The notes beneath the pieces are model-generated. The model saw only the letters and a program-made list of their open reading frames with translations. It was not told the origin of the DNA and searched no databases. A program made the position numbers and the translations under genes. DNA of 64,000 nt, taken from Macrostomum lignano. Lineage: Eukaryota. The DNA lies in NCBI GenBank assembly GCA_002269645.1, contig NIVC01001159.1, forward strand, positions 175,414 through 239,413, written 5' to 3'. Shown here piece by piece: positions 1 through 12,454 of this stretch (its first letter is position 1; every line of letters begins with the position of its first letter).

Positions 1-441
1 ACACGGCGTCATTACGAGTCACAACCAGACAATCTGAACGCAAGTGAACAAGAGCCAGCCTCACACGGCGTCATTACTGAATCAGCACCAGACAATCTGA
101 ACGCAAGTGAACAAGAGCCAGCCTCACACGGCGTCATTACTGAATCAGCACCAGACAATCTGAACGCAAGTGAACAAGAGCCAGCCTCAAACGGCGTCAT
201 TACTGAATCAGCACCAGACAATCTGAACGCAAGTGAACAAGAGCCAGCCTCAAACGGCGTCACTACCGAGTCAGCACCAGACAATCTGAACGCAAGTGAA
301 CAAGAGCCAGCCTCAAACGGCGTTATTACCGAGTCAGCACCAGACAATCTGAACGCAAGTGAACAAGAGCCAGCCTCACACGGTGTCATTACCGAATCAG
401 CACCAGACAATCTGAACGCAAGTGAACAAGAGCCAGCGTCA
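1..441 (+). repeat. 63-bp coding tandem repeat (~7 copies) encoding (HGVITESAPDNLNASEQEPAS)n
   Basis: Unit start acacggcg recurs at 63 and 126 (63-bp period). + frame 1 is open from base 1 through the repeat and into ORF 511..915. Confidence 0.85.
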
Positions 442-3400
442 AATTTCATTCAGAAGTCAGTACGAAATAACCTTCCGGATCATGGTGTCACCTTTCAACA
501 TTCACCAAAGTTGTCAATTTTTACGGATGTTCCTACCAAATCATGCGATGTCCTGCCGCCAAGTATAAAGGATGAAAGAACAGAAAAGTCTCTCGATATT
601 TCCGACTCTATATTCGAGCAGTCTCACATACAAAGTACAAACGCTACTGAGAAAAGTAATAATTTGCAAAGAGCCTTTCCTAAGCTGACGCAGATGCTAA
701 TGTCTAATCAGCTGGAGCCCCGGATGCATCAGCTGGTGCAGGAGTACATCAATACTGAATGGGACACTGACTGGCTATCTGCAGACCTATCGTTCTTCAA
801 CACCTACACGGTTGTATTGGTGGATTCAGGCGAGACTAGGCAAGTTAGTCCTCAATTGCTCAGCTTGCACAGCACCTATTTCAAAGCAGCATTCCAGCAT
901 TCTCAATCAACGTGAGTACTGAATTCCTGAATACTTCTAAGGTACTCAAAGTGTAAACACCTAGTAGAGAGATTTTAATAAAGTTAAGACTACTCTGCAC
1001 TATTTTGGGCAACAGCATTTTGAAATTTTAGACTATGCGCGCTATTCTAAAAGAATGATATTGCCGCCTTGTGGTGTCAAACTACCCACCTCGCTCCAGG
1101 ACCTTAAACGTCTGTCTGGGCTCAATGGCACATCTCGAGCCGCATGTCAGGGCCATCATTGACTCGATAAACAGCCCTGACGATCAGCTGGACATCACAG
1201 TGGAGAACTATCTCGAAATTTTTTTAGCCTCTGACTTTCTCGGATGCAATCAGCTGCAGGACCGCTGTGTGCAGCTTATGAAGTGCGTATTTGCCCACAA
1301 CGCCGTGGAGTCTCTCAGAGCTTTTCACTCTCTTTTCAAATACTTTTCTTACGAATCGTTTAAAGTCTGTCTGAAGCCGATACTAAGAAATATTAACAAG
1401 CTGAACCATGATGGATATCTGCAGCGCTTGGAAGTAGATGAGCTGGAATATTTGCTCAAGCACGACATGCTGAACTGCAAGATTGAACTCGACGTAAGCA
1501 CCTTAATACTTTTAGATTATTGCTTGCTTAAATCAGTCTCCGTGTGGTTTAGAATCTAAAAAAGCGTGAAACATTTGGCAGGTATTGCGAATAATCGACC
1601 GGTGGATGCATTATCGGCGTAAGGTTCCGGATGCGGAAATCTCACCGCAGCTGGACCGCCTGATGTGCTGCGTCAGATCCAAGAAGTTGACTGGTTGCGA
1701 GAAGATTTATTGTCGAAAGAAGTTGCCGCTGACTACGAAGTCCATTTACAAAGGGCTTATTACAAAAAACGCGGACTCTTTTAGTGACTTCTTTCAGCGT
1801 TACAATCGGAAAGTGCATAAAGAGTCGAGGAAAGGCAGCCTCACCAAGTGGTTTTGCTGCTTATCTGCTGCTCCATCAACGAGTCAGTAATATCTCAAGG
1901 CATTCCCGAAGCCAGCCGCTTGCCCATTGCATGTACGTCAATCCCTACAATGGAAAGCTACTGGATGGCCCGCCAGATGGTCGAAAGTGAGTTTTGTTGT
2001 CCACGCAAATCTTCCATTTTTTTCTCAAGGGAATTCTAGGTCATTTCGCATTTAGATTGTACTCGTAAATTAACTTTTTATTTTACGAGCGTACGTGAGT
2101 TTTTTTAATTTGCATTATTTTTCACTAGTGATCTTTATATGCACGAGCTCATTATAGCTGCGGCATAGTTGTACTCGTACTTTTACTTTCTGGCTTGTCA
2201 AGCAGTTGCATTAGAAGGCAAGTTTATTGTCAACTCGAAAACAGTAGTAGCAGAGCGCTTTACATGCAATAACAACATCAAACGACGATCGTCACGATCA
2301 TGGTAGACGCGCTATCCATGCTTCGCTCGCTTCCACCGACGATTGGAAGACAATTAAGTCACGCAGTAACAGTCAGGACGCGGGACAGCAACCGCAGCAG
2401 CCTTCGCCACCAGAGCAACACAAACTGGCCCAGAGCAGGCGGGCTTTCGCCAGGGCAGGAGCACCGAAGAGGTCCTCGCCCACACCTGCCAATCGATTTT
2501 TGATGGTTTTGAGGAACAACCAGCGAAACGCTCTGCCATATGCCTACTCGACTTCAGCAAGGCCTATGACAGAGTATGGCGCGCTGCTCTGACTGTTAAG
2601 CTATACGAGCTCACGGTACCTGCTAGATTCATCCTCTGGGTGCACAAATTCCTCAGAGACCGCCGCGCCAGGGTGAAATGGCAACAAACTATCAGCAGGG
2701 AAAGAGTCCTCGAAGAGGGCTTTCCACAAGGAAGCGTCATCGCCCCCACCCTGTGGACTACGTACGTCAACGACCTGCCGACGACCATAAAAAGGGCTAG
2801 CCCTGATTGTAAAATTAACCTATACGCCGACGACAGCTCACTGTTAGCCACCAGCAGGAAGCTAACGGACTGCGCCGACATCCTGCAACCAGCCATTGTT
2901 GCGGCCGCCGAATGGTGTAAGCGGTGGAAGGTCACCCTCAGCACCGAGAAATGCATCTACTCGACCTTCACTCTCTCGCCACAAGAGAACAACGGCAAAG
3001 TCCGACTCAACCTGCACATTAACGGAGCCGAACTTAAATACGATCCGCACCCCCGACTCCTAGGCCTGACCCTTGACGATCAGCTAACCTTCAACAAGCA
3101 TGGAGCCGAGGTAAAGGCCCGCATGGCCCGGCGCAGAGGCGCACTCACGGCCATTGCCCACCGCAACAGTGGAGCGGACCAAAACATCCTCCGCTCGGCC
3201 TATATCACCACTATCAGAGCGTGTGCAGACTACGGAAGCGGTATATGGCTAACCGGAGCAGCGCCTAGCACGCGACGCATGATCGAACAACAGCAGTCGA
3301 TATGCGCGCGGATGATCACAGGCTGCTGCAGTACTACCCGCAACGAGACCACGCTCAACATCGCCAGGCTCCCCCCGATCGGCTCGATCGCCATAGAACG

Positions 3401-6400
3401 CGCGGCAATGCTTCGCGAGCGCATTCTTCGTCTCCCGCCGGACTGCCCGGCAGTGGATACCGCCGCCCGCTCGACGAGAGCCCGCCTAAAAAACCGAAGC
3501 TATGACCCGCAAGACGAACCGGGAAGCGGAATAGGAGCCCGAGACCGAGAACGGCCACACCGCGGATGCTGGAGGAGGGCCGCACGAGAACTCCCTGTTG
3601 TAGCGACGCTCGATGAAATGGCGCGCGAGCAGATCATCATCGCCGCCCCCTGGGAAAGCGACACCAGCGCGGAAGTTATCTTCGACACAACGGCGAGTAT
3701 GGTCAACCGCAAAGCCCCGGCAGAAGAACGCGCCAGAGCGGCCGACGCGGTCCTCAGAGCGGCCCAAGAGCTCGAGATCACGGCCTGGACGGACGGCTCC
3801 GCCAACGAAGGCTGCACCCACGGAGGGGGAGCGGCCGTGATCCACTACAATGGTACCACTACTGAGCACCTAGCACCGGCCGGGACATACTGCAGCAGCT
3901 ACCAAGCAGAAATGACTGCTATCGCAACCGCCCTTCGTGCCTCGTTGGAGCTACACGCCGCCGCCAACAGTATAGCCATCCTCACAGACAGCCTCAGCGC
4001 CCTGTCGGCACTGGCCCGCGGCCCGGCCGGCCAGCGTAATGCTGCCGGCATGCCTGCTGGGACACCATCGCGAGAGCCACCTACTCCAAGGTCTACTTCG
4101 GATGGGTACCTGGCCACTGCCAGATTGCCGGCAACGAAGCGGCCGACAGAGCGGCGGCTATGGCAGCTACCCTTCCGCAGAGCGAAGCAGCCATCACGTT
4201 AGACTCCGCGAGGGCTGCTATCCGCCGCGATCGCCGACGCCGCGACGCAGAGCCTACCAACCAGCCGTCACCCACCGACACCACCCGCAATCGACGCGAG
4301 CAGGTGTTGGTTAATCAACTCAGAGCGGGCGTCTCCACCATCTGCGCCGCCACCCGCCAACGTCTTGGTCTCCAAGAGGACGACAAGTGTAGTGACTGCG
4401 GCGCGGTGGACACGGCCGACCACCTCCTCCGCCGCTGCCCAAGAGGTGACGCCGCCAGAGCCCGCTACTTCGGCGTCGAGGACCCCCTATCGGCGCGACA
4501 GGCCGGATCATCGCGTTCGTACGTGCTGTGGGGCGCCTGAGCCCCCGCCAATATTGACGCCGAAGCGTCAACGGCGTGCCGGGAAACAGAAGAAGAAGAA
4601 GAAGAAGCCTTCGCCACTTCAACTGCAACGTTCGACTGACTCCACATCCGACTACTAACTAATGCCAAGGCCGGCAGCAATCCGCTCGTCGCTCCACGCT
4701 CCAGACTTAGGCGGCAATTGCACAGGTGCTGCTGATCCAGCAACAGCGGCTGCAAGATTTCACCAAGCCATTCTACTAATTCGCGTTGCACTGATTTGCA
4801 ATGCTCGCCTCATTCGCTTAAAATTCTCAACAAAATACAGCTCCACCATTTATGCGTGTATGAAGTAACCTTATCCCGAACCTCAATGTATGTATGGAGG
4901 TTAGGATTAGGGTTAGAAACGGCCTTTCTTTATCGCATCGACCACTCTGTCATTATCGACGTTAATACATTTGAAGCACTTCGATGCTTTGCTCTCAGCA
5001 AGTCACGAGCCCTCGACTCATGCTAACCCAACGCCAACGAGCTGCCAAGGTCTGCCCGTGTCCTTCAATCCAACTGTGCCAACGCCCAGGAGAAGAAAAA
5101 TGCTCCTCTCGGCGCCTCCTTTCTATCCACTGCGGCTTTGCATCCGATCTAGACAGGTTATCGAGAACTAAAAAAAACGTTTTTCTTCTGGCCACAAGCC
5201 AGCCGTCTGTCAGAACCGTCTGTACATGTAGATTGTAGACGATCTATAAAGTCGTACCCTGCTTGAACTCCAGTCAAAGATCACGCTGCCATGGATTTGT
5301 CCCAGCTTCAGTGCCATCTGGATTTCAAGGTTAAGACACTACAAGCTGCCTGGAACGCGTCAACCAAACGTGATACCGGCCTGAGCATCATCATACCGGC
5401 TGCAAACACAACCAAGTACGTACTACCACTTTGCAATGGAAAGATTGTTTGTCGACGCTTCCACCACGAGCGTCCCACTTCTGCCAACCGCCCTACTAAC
5501 CCTTGTGTGGAAGATGTGGGACCTTATTGGGACACCACCGACTACCGCATCGCCCTCAAGACACCTCACCTACCACGACGTGACGAGCCGATCCGCACCA
5601 AGTTATGTCGAAGTGTCAACACCCTCTAAGGCATACTCATCGCTTGACTCCCCTTGAAAGACTTTTAAAGACTTCCTTGACTATTATAGCAGTTATCGTT
5701 TAGCCCACTTTTCATGTGAGCTTATGGGACTCTTGAAACTATCGTGACAAAGGAAGAACGATACAAGCGTAAGCTCCAACGACGGGAAGCAACCGCGACA
5801 GCAACCTCGCTCTCCAAGCAAATATAAGCCAGAAGCGAGAGCTCTTTTTCCTTACTACAACATGCGCACATAACATACGAGTACTTTGATATAATCTGTA
5901 GTTCATCATCAACTCGAAAGGTGGAAACACGTTCAAGTGAAAGCATTAGAGGAGCGAACGTACGAGCCTACTGCGATCATTCGATAATTGCACTTTAATT
6001 CAATGAAATATGATTGTATTGCTATTCGGGAGATAATTGATTGCGCACATACAAGATTTTCATTTTTAGTATATAGGAAATCAGTATCTTTCTAATCCGA
6101 TTTTGCCAATGCTAAAGCTACAGTGTAAACATCTTTTCATGCTATTTCTTGTATTTTTTATCACTCGTACCTCGCCTAAATTTAGCTCGCAACATAACAA
6201 TAGTGGGGCTTGTAATTGCGACTAACTGCACATCATGTAGGCAACTATTGTTCTGTCTGACAAATATAATGCTCAGCTTGCTACTTTGCTCGATCTCCTC
6301 TCATCTTGACCTATGATCAGGGTGAGTCACGTGGTCGACCCAGAGTTCGTGTTGGTGCCCTACCATCTCAGGGAAAAAGGATCTCGAGCGAAAATCTTCT

Positions 6401-7666
6401 GCGTAGCCGCTGGCAACAATATTTACGTGGTCGGCGGCATCTGGGCCTTAAATATACAGCGAAAGGTGCTGCGCTTCGACCGCCAGGAGCCCCAGCTGGG
6501 CTGGAGAGTGTGCTCGCAGCTCAACGAGGCTCGAATTGGTCACTGCTGCGCAGTGGTGCAGGGCTACCTCTACGCAATCGGAGGATGCAGTAGTAATCAA
6601 ACCGAACTAGCAAGCGTCGAGAGATTCCCTATTGATAAAAACTCGAACAGATGGTCCCTGGTGGAGCAGATGCTGTATATGCGAAAGGACGCCGCGGCGG
6701 TGGAGCATCGAGGACGCGTATTTGTCGTTGGCGGCATCGCCGGCCTGGAAAAGCATGACACGGCCGAGATCTACTGTCCGATGAGCAACGCGTGGACGCT
6801 CGTGCCCTCCAGAATGTCAAAGCCGCGCTGCCTACTGGGCGCTGTTGTGATTGGCCAGTCTGTGTACGTGGTGGGCGGCAAGTACCACTCCGAATGCTTG
6901 CGGTCGGTCGAGCGCTGGCAGGAGGGCAGCGGCTGGCATCGACTCAGTCAAAAGGTGCGCCTATTGCAGAGGGAGTCCCCATTAAAACGCGAATAGCATA
7001 AACTTAGCGAAAGAAAGATTAAGGGCAGTAAACCAAGCGTACAAGTCATTTTACCTAAACTGTCGTATATTGTTTGTTACGCGCACTGAGTCCTTTCTGG
7101 CCGGCGTCCTTGCTGGCAAGCCTCCAAGATCTGGGGCTCCAGGACGCTGATGCACCAGTCACCTTGAGCTATATGTAGGTGCCTGGAAGCCTACTGTCTG
7201 TAAGCCTCTTCTTGACGGCATCTTGATCTGCGTCACGGCCTCAGGCTGAAACTGGGTTTCCCAGTTTACCACCTGTAACTACCTGACTGGGTTAGATTTT
7301 AGGTTACGGTTTAGCTTGAGACTAAGGTTGGAAGTCAATTTTTGACTGTGAAATTTAGATAGGCAAAGTTAGTGTACCTGGCCCTTCAAGCTGAATTCCG
7401 AACGTTTATCCCTGACACAGATGAACCGAGACATTTGCTCATTGGGCTGCGTGGCCGTCGATGAGAGAATTCTCATGTTCGGCGGGCTCGATTCTTTCAA
7501 TACCAAAATAGACCGCATCAACTTCTTGGACATCGAGGACGCAGCTGCCGGCTCTGGCAAGCTGTTGGATGCGCGCCGGAAGGCGCTGAAGCAGCGCTTT
7601 TCAGACCAGCTGATCCCCGGAGATGTGCAGGGACTGTCGGCCTGCGTTCTGGACTTTGACTTTTAG
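1..7666 (+). CDS. BTB-BACK-Kelch (KLHL-like) protein gene, multi-exon, 5' partial, with possible frame breaks
   Basis: Approximate exons 1..911, 1032..1493, 1582..1986, 6321..6954, 7421..7666. BTB motifs LLSLHSTYFKAAF and ITVENYLEIFLASDFLGCNQLQDRC; BACK motifs LEVDELEYLLKHDMLN and IIDRWMHY; Kelch repeats IYVVGG, LYAIGG, VFVVGG, VYVVGG, ILMFGG. Junctions 1493/1582, 1986/6321 and 6954/7421 are GT-AG and phase-compatible. Confidence 0.8.
2411..4605 (+). mobile_element. 5'-truncated non-LTR retrotransposon (I-group-like: RT + RNase H + CCHC finger), (GAA)n tail, 12-bp TSD
   Basis: RT motifs QAGFRQGRST, LDFSKAYDRV, GFPQGSVIAP, LYADD; RNase H motifs WTDGS, YQAEMTAI, LTDSLS, WVPGHCQIAGNEAAD; C-terminal CSDCGAVDTADHLLRRC. 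Tail gaagaagaagaagaagaa ends at ~4605. Direct repeat agccttcgccac at 2399..2410 and 4606..4617. Confidence 0.9.
2433..4540 (+). pseudogene. Truncated, frameshifted LINE ORF2 (RT C-terminal half, RNase H, zinc knuckle)
   Basis: ORF 2640..4202 is open upstream to ~2433. An apparent 1-nt deletion near 4051 moves the RNase H end (WVPGH...) and the CCHC finger into the frame of ORF 4160..4540. Confidence 0.85.
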
Positions 7667-7947
7667 GCTGGTCAAACAGTGCCGAACGTTTTTGATGCGA
7701 TAATTTTATATATTTTGTTTTAATATTGCTTTTCAACGGACACCGAGTGCATCTGGCATTTTGTACTGTACTGTAATGCCAAATATTATTCAAGTGTATT
7801 ATAGGCTTCCAAAATTATAAATGTAGACTGGGTCTTCCAGGCTAACCTTCCGAGCAAAAGGGATTTTATGTGCAATAAGAAATTATAATGTATTAAAAAA
7901 TCAGCCTACATCAAGTTATGTGCGTATGCGTTTGCAAGCTCAATACC

Positions 7948-8155
7948 TGAGTCTGCTTGCCTACCCTCTTGAGTCTGCTTGCCTACCCTCTTGAGTCTAC
8001 TTGCGTACCTACTCTCTTGAGTCTGCTTGCCTACCCTCTTGAGTCTGCTTGCCTACCCTCTTGAGTCTGCTTGCCTACCCTCTTGAGTCTGCTTGCCTAC
8101 CCTCTTGAGTCTGCTTGCCTACTCTCTTGAGTCTGCTTGCCTACCCTCTTGAATC
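7948..8155. repeat. 22-bp minisatellite (gagtctgcttgcctaccctctt)
   Basis: About 9 tandem copies read directly. Confidence 0.9.
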
Positions 8156-8183
8156 TGCATTCCTATTCTTCTCTCTCACTCAG

Positions 8184-9758
8184 GACCACCATGGTATATC
8201 GGGACGTAAAGCTCAAAGATCGAGGAATTAATGCAGCGGCCGATTTCCTGGGGAAATACACTGCGAAGATGTAAGAAAACATTTTTTCATCACATAATCC
8301 GTGATTGCATTTGATCTGGGGGCCAGTGAATATTTTGCTGTTCTATTAATTTTAGCATGCACAGCGTGTTACTCTGTTATATTTTATGTAGCTGTTTAGT
8401 AAAAGCTTCATTTTCATATTGTTTTGCTTTTACTTCATAATAAGCCAAAAGTTGTACGCAGTAAATATGCATGCATGCATCTAGGAACTAATAAGTGTTG
8501 AAATGGAATTATAGCCACAAAAATGGTTTTACAGTGCCCTGAATGCAATATTTTTATTCTAAATATTCTTGATTGAAGAAGGAATAAAAGATTGTGATAA
8601 TTCCTTCCACTTTGTGAGTATTCACAGCAATCACTGATTATATGATGAAACATGGCCTCCAAAACTAACGCGGGAAATAATTGGCAATAAAAACGATTGC
8701 CTCACTACTGCCAGTAAGTTCAGTCAGGAGATATAAAGTTCTTTGGGGCGCCGTTCTTTTTATAACGGGGATTATATCCGATAAAAATCAGAATCTGGGT
8801 TCAAATTCTGCTAATAAAATCTGCTGGATAAGCGAACAGAACTGAGCCGTGTCCTGGTTGTCTAACTAGACCAGTGCTGCATTATAATTAGTTACTTTCG
8901 GCTCGTCTGCTTCTCTCTCTCTCTCTCTCTGTGTATCAAACCAAAGGTGAAAAAAGTAAAGTTGCGCCTACTTTCAAGCTTAAAGGCTGCACTAACAATG
9001 ACGAATCTCTGGTGCATCATACTCTCTTACCCCTGCCTCATCTCATGCCTCACCTCTGCCTCTGTCTATTCTCCTTGAACTTTTGTCTACTCTCCCTCTC
9101 TTCACTCTGTCTACTCTCCCTCTCTTCACTGTGTCTAGTTTCCAACCCTTCACTGTGTCTACTCTCCCTCTCTTCACTGTGTCTACTCTCCCTCTCTTCA
9201 CTGTGTCTACTCTCCCTCTCTTCACTGTGTCTACTCTCCCTCTCTTCACTGTGTCTACTCTCCCTCTCTTCACTGTGTCTACTCTCCCTCTCTTCACTGT
9301 GTCTACTCTCCCTCTCTTCACTCCACTCTCCATCTCTTTACCCCGCCTGCCCGCACCGCGCTGTCCCGACATCCCGGCACTTGACTCTCCCATTTCTGCT
9401 GCATGTTACCCACAGGTCACTCGAGACGGGCACGGCGTGGAATCTCTACCTGCACAAATGCCGGCTGTCCACTGCTTCCCGCCCTCTTCCCTCTCTTACC
9501 TGTCTGTTACCCGCAAGTAGGAGAAGTCGCAGGCCTGCACAAGAAAGCAGTTCCCACTGCAACCTGTCCGAAAGAGAAAAAATTCTAAAAGCCAAGACAA
9601 ATCTTCCGGCCCTCTTGAGAGCAAATGCAGCTCAGACTGCAAGAAAGAGCACTCAAAGCCGCTGCTTGCACACTGTAATCTGCAGCGGACAAGAGTACTT
9701 GAGTACTTACGAGCCTGTATTGCCTGCCTCCTGGCACACAAAGAAGGACACGCGGTGA
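8184..9758 (+). CDS. Candidate small two-exon orphan gene (exons 8184..8270 and 9416..9758, ~140 aa)
   Basis: Polypyrimidine tract + CAG acceptor, Kozak-like accaccATGG (ATG 8191), donor gtaag at 8271. Phase-2 join to acceptor cccacag at 9415 is in frame to TGA 9756..9758. No recognisable domain. Confidence 0.25.
9085..9325. repeat. 21-bp minisatellite (ctgtgtctactctccctctcttca-like)
   Basis: About 10 tandem copies; source of the spurious LLSLSSL and VKRGRVD ORFs. Confidence 0.9.
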
Positions 9759-9951
9759 AAAAACACCGGAGACGTTGATTTCTCCACTCAGCTCAAGTCT
9801 GATTTTCCACCGGCTCGGGACCCGCTAGCAATGCTAAAAGGCATTGTTCGACCCGGAAATTGCATGCCCAGCCGCCTGAGTCTCTCAAAAAGAAAGATGC
9901 TTATCTCTCTCATCTGTGACTGATCACTGCTTGGGGACTGAGTCTGCACCC

Positions 9952-10640
9952 CATCACTCCCAGTCTCCGCCCCTCTATCAACTGAGCTCATTCTAAGTCT
10001 GCGCCTCATCACTCCCAGTCTCCGCCCCTCTATCAACTGAGCTCATTCTAAGTCTGCGCCTCATCACTCCCAGTCTCCGCCCCTCCTTGAGCCGAGCTCA
10101 TTCTGAGTCTTCGCCTCATCATTCCCAGTCTCCGCCCCTTTATGAACTGAGCTCAATCTTGGTCTTCGCCTCATCATTCCCAGTCTCCGCCCATCTGTGA
10201 GCTGAGCTCATTCTTAGTCTTCGCCTCATCATTCCCAGTCTCTGCCCCTCTGTGAGCTGAGCTCATTCTGAGTCTGCGCCTCATCATTCCCTGTCTCCGC
10301 CCCTCTGTGAACTGAGCTCAATTTGAGTCTGCGCCTCATCATTCCCTGTCTCCGCCCCTCTGTGAACTGAGCTCATTCTTAGTCTTCGCCTCATCATTCC
10401 CTGTCTCCGCCCCTCTGTGAACTGAGCTCATTCTTAGTCTTCGCCTCATCATTCCCTGTCTCCGCCCCTCTGTGAACTGAGCTCAATTTGAGTCTGCGCC
10501 TCATCATTCCCTGTCTCCGCCCCTCTGTGAACTGAGCTCATTCTTAGTCTTCGCCTCATCATTCCCAGTCTCTGCCCCTCTGTGAACTGAGCTCATTCTT
10601 AGTCTGCGACTCATCACTCCCAGTCTCCGCCCCTCTCTGA
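9952..10640. repeat. 55-bp minisatellite (~12 copies)
   Basis: cctcatcattccc...cttcg unit; starts at 10334 and 10389 are 55 bp apart. Confidence 0.9.
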
Positions 10641-11142
10641 GCTTGTAGGTCAGTATCCCGCCCCCTCAGTCTGAGAAGCAGCCCTAGAGCTCAGATGCAA
10701 TCAGTTGAGTAGGGGAGGGGGGGCGGTCATTCAGCCATCTTTTCAAGGCTGTTTCTCATCCCGCTCCCCTTCCACAGCAGGCCCAAAGCATATCGGCATG
10801 TTTGATGAAAGCAACCTTTGCTGCACATCAGCTTAACATAAATACCGGAGCCTGTTGTGGCCTTGCAGCCCCTCATTGGCTTCAATGAGTTGGTACGGGC
10901 GTAGCTTTAACTGACAGGCGTGGAGGGGAGAGGTTGGCGGGGATTAAGCAGATTTACGCAGATCAAGTCTTGGCTTTTTTCTCGGGTCTGAAAACTGGAC
11001 GAGTTCCTGAGAGCAGTGATTTGCGATGCCCCGCGCATGATCAGCGGTGTTGCATTTTTTGTGCGAGGCTGAGGGCGCGGAGTTGGCCCCCAAATTACCA
11101 CTCGTGCCTTCTGCTCAGTTACTGGGTTAGGGCGGGGCAGAG

Positions 11143-11150
11143 GCAAACAA

Positions 11151-11217
<67 letters not shown>
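11143..11217. repeat. (CAGA)n microsatellite
   Basis: Direct reading. Confidence 0.95.
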
Positions 11218-11825
11218 CGCACGCACATAAACAAGCTGTTTACGAAAGTAAAATGAAAGTAGGTTAATCTTCAATTCTGGCAGCAACTGCGAGTCTTTCA
11301 TCACTGCTCCGCACAGTGTTTAATTAAAACACGGAGAGGATAAGCTTATCCAAAACCGCAGGGTTTTTTAGCTAATTCTCTGAAATCCGCAAGTGAAGCA
11401 GGCAGCCTTCACAAAAACTACAGTGGCTGAAACAAGCAGTTCGTGAATTACTATAGCTTGTGTATAAACCGATCCAGTTAGTGAGAGAAAAGACAACAGA
11501 TCAAAAAGTGTGCCGCACTGTCCGCACTCAGGTGACATCAATATTGAGGGGTACTGGAACACACAGAACGAATTCCATAGGTGATAGGTAGGGTTTGCTA
11601 AAACTACACCATCTTTGTTAAACATCAAAAACCGAACAGAAACGCGCAGTAGCCATTGTGCAGCGGCATGCGTTCAAAAAGAACTAGGAAAACAGAAGCT
11701 GCGCATTGAAATTGGCCGAAACTTGTCTTTTCAGGTGCGCTAACTTGTCATCTACTGCCAGGGAAAAACAGATTTAGGGAGAAAAACTGCTTGGTTTTGG
11801 AGGAGGTGATACTGAAACAATTAAC

Positions 11826-12097
11826 ACTGATAGTAACAGGATCTGACACTGCGACAGATAGCGGACCAAGGACCACTGACAGCAACAGGATCTGACACTG
11901 CGACAGATAGCGAACCAAGGACCACTGATAGCAACAGGATCTGACACTGCGACAGATAGCGGACCAAGGACCACTGATAGCAACAGGATCTGACACTGCG
12001 ACAGATAGCGGACCAAGGACCACTGATAGCAACAGGATCTGACACTGCGACAGATAGCGGACCAAGGACCACTGATAGCAACAGGATCTGACACTGC
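11826..12097. repeat. 49-bp minisatellite (~5.5 copies)
   Basis: agcaacagg at 11881 and 11930 (49-bp period). Confidence 0.9.
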
Positions 12098-12454
12098 GCA
12101 AATATACAAGATTGACTTTTTATGAATCAAATTTCTCAGCAAAATGCTATTGTGTTCCATGTTTGCCTGGAAGCTTGGCTATTGGAAACCGGAATTATTT
12201 CAGTCAGTTCCGGTTGTTTCAGATCATTTCCATTTTGTTTCCGGTCTCCTTTTATGCTTAGATAAGTCAGCCCCAATTTATTGTGAACTCGTACAGAATC
12301 GAACCTAAGTTCTGTGGCGCGGAAGTCAGTTGCGGAGGTGGAGTGAATGCATTTTGAAGCGAAGTTGTATCTAAAAAAATCTACATGATTTTGAATTTGT
12401 GTCCTACTATGCGTCCTTGTGAACTGTTCGCTCTGAACTGCCAGACTCGGCTGC

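Noticed and set aside
7088-7330. GC-rich block in the last Kelch intron, suspected SINE or LINE 3' end
   Set aside because: No A/B boxes, tail, TSD or convincing protein motif could be identified by eye.
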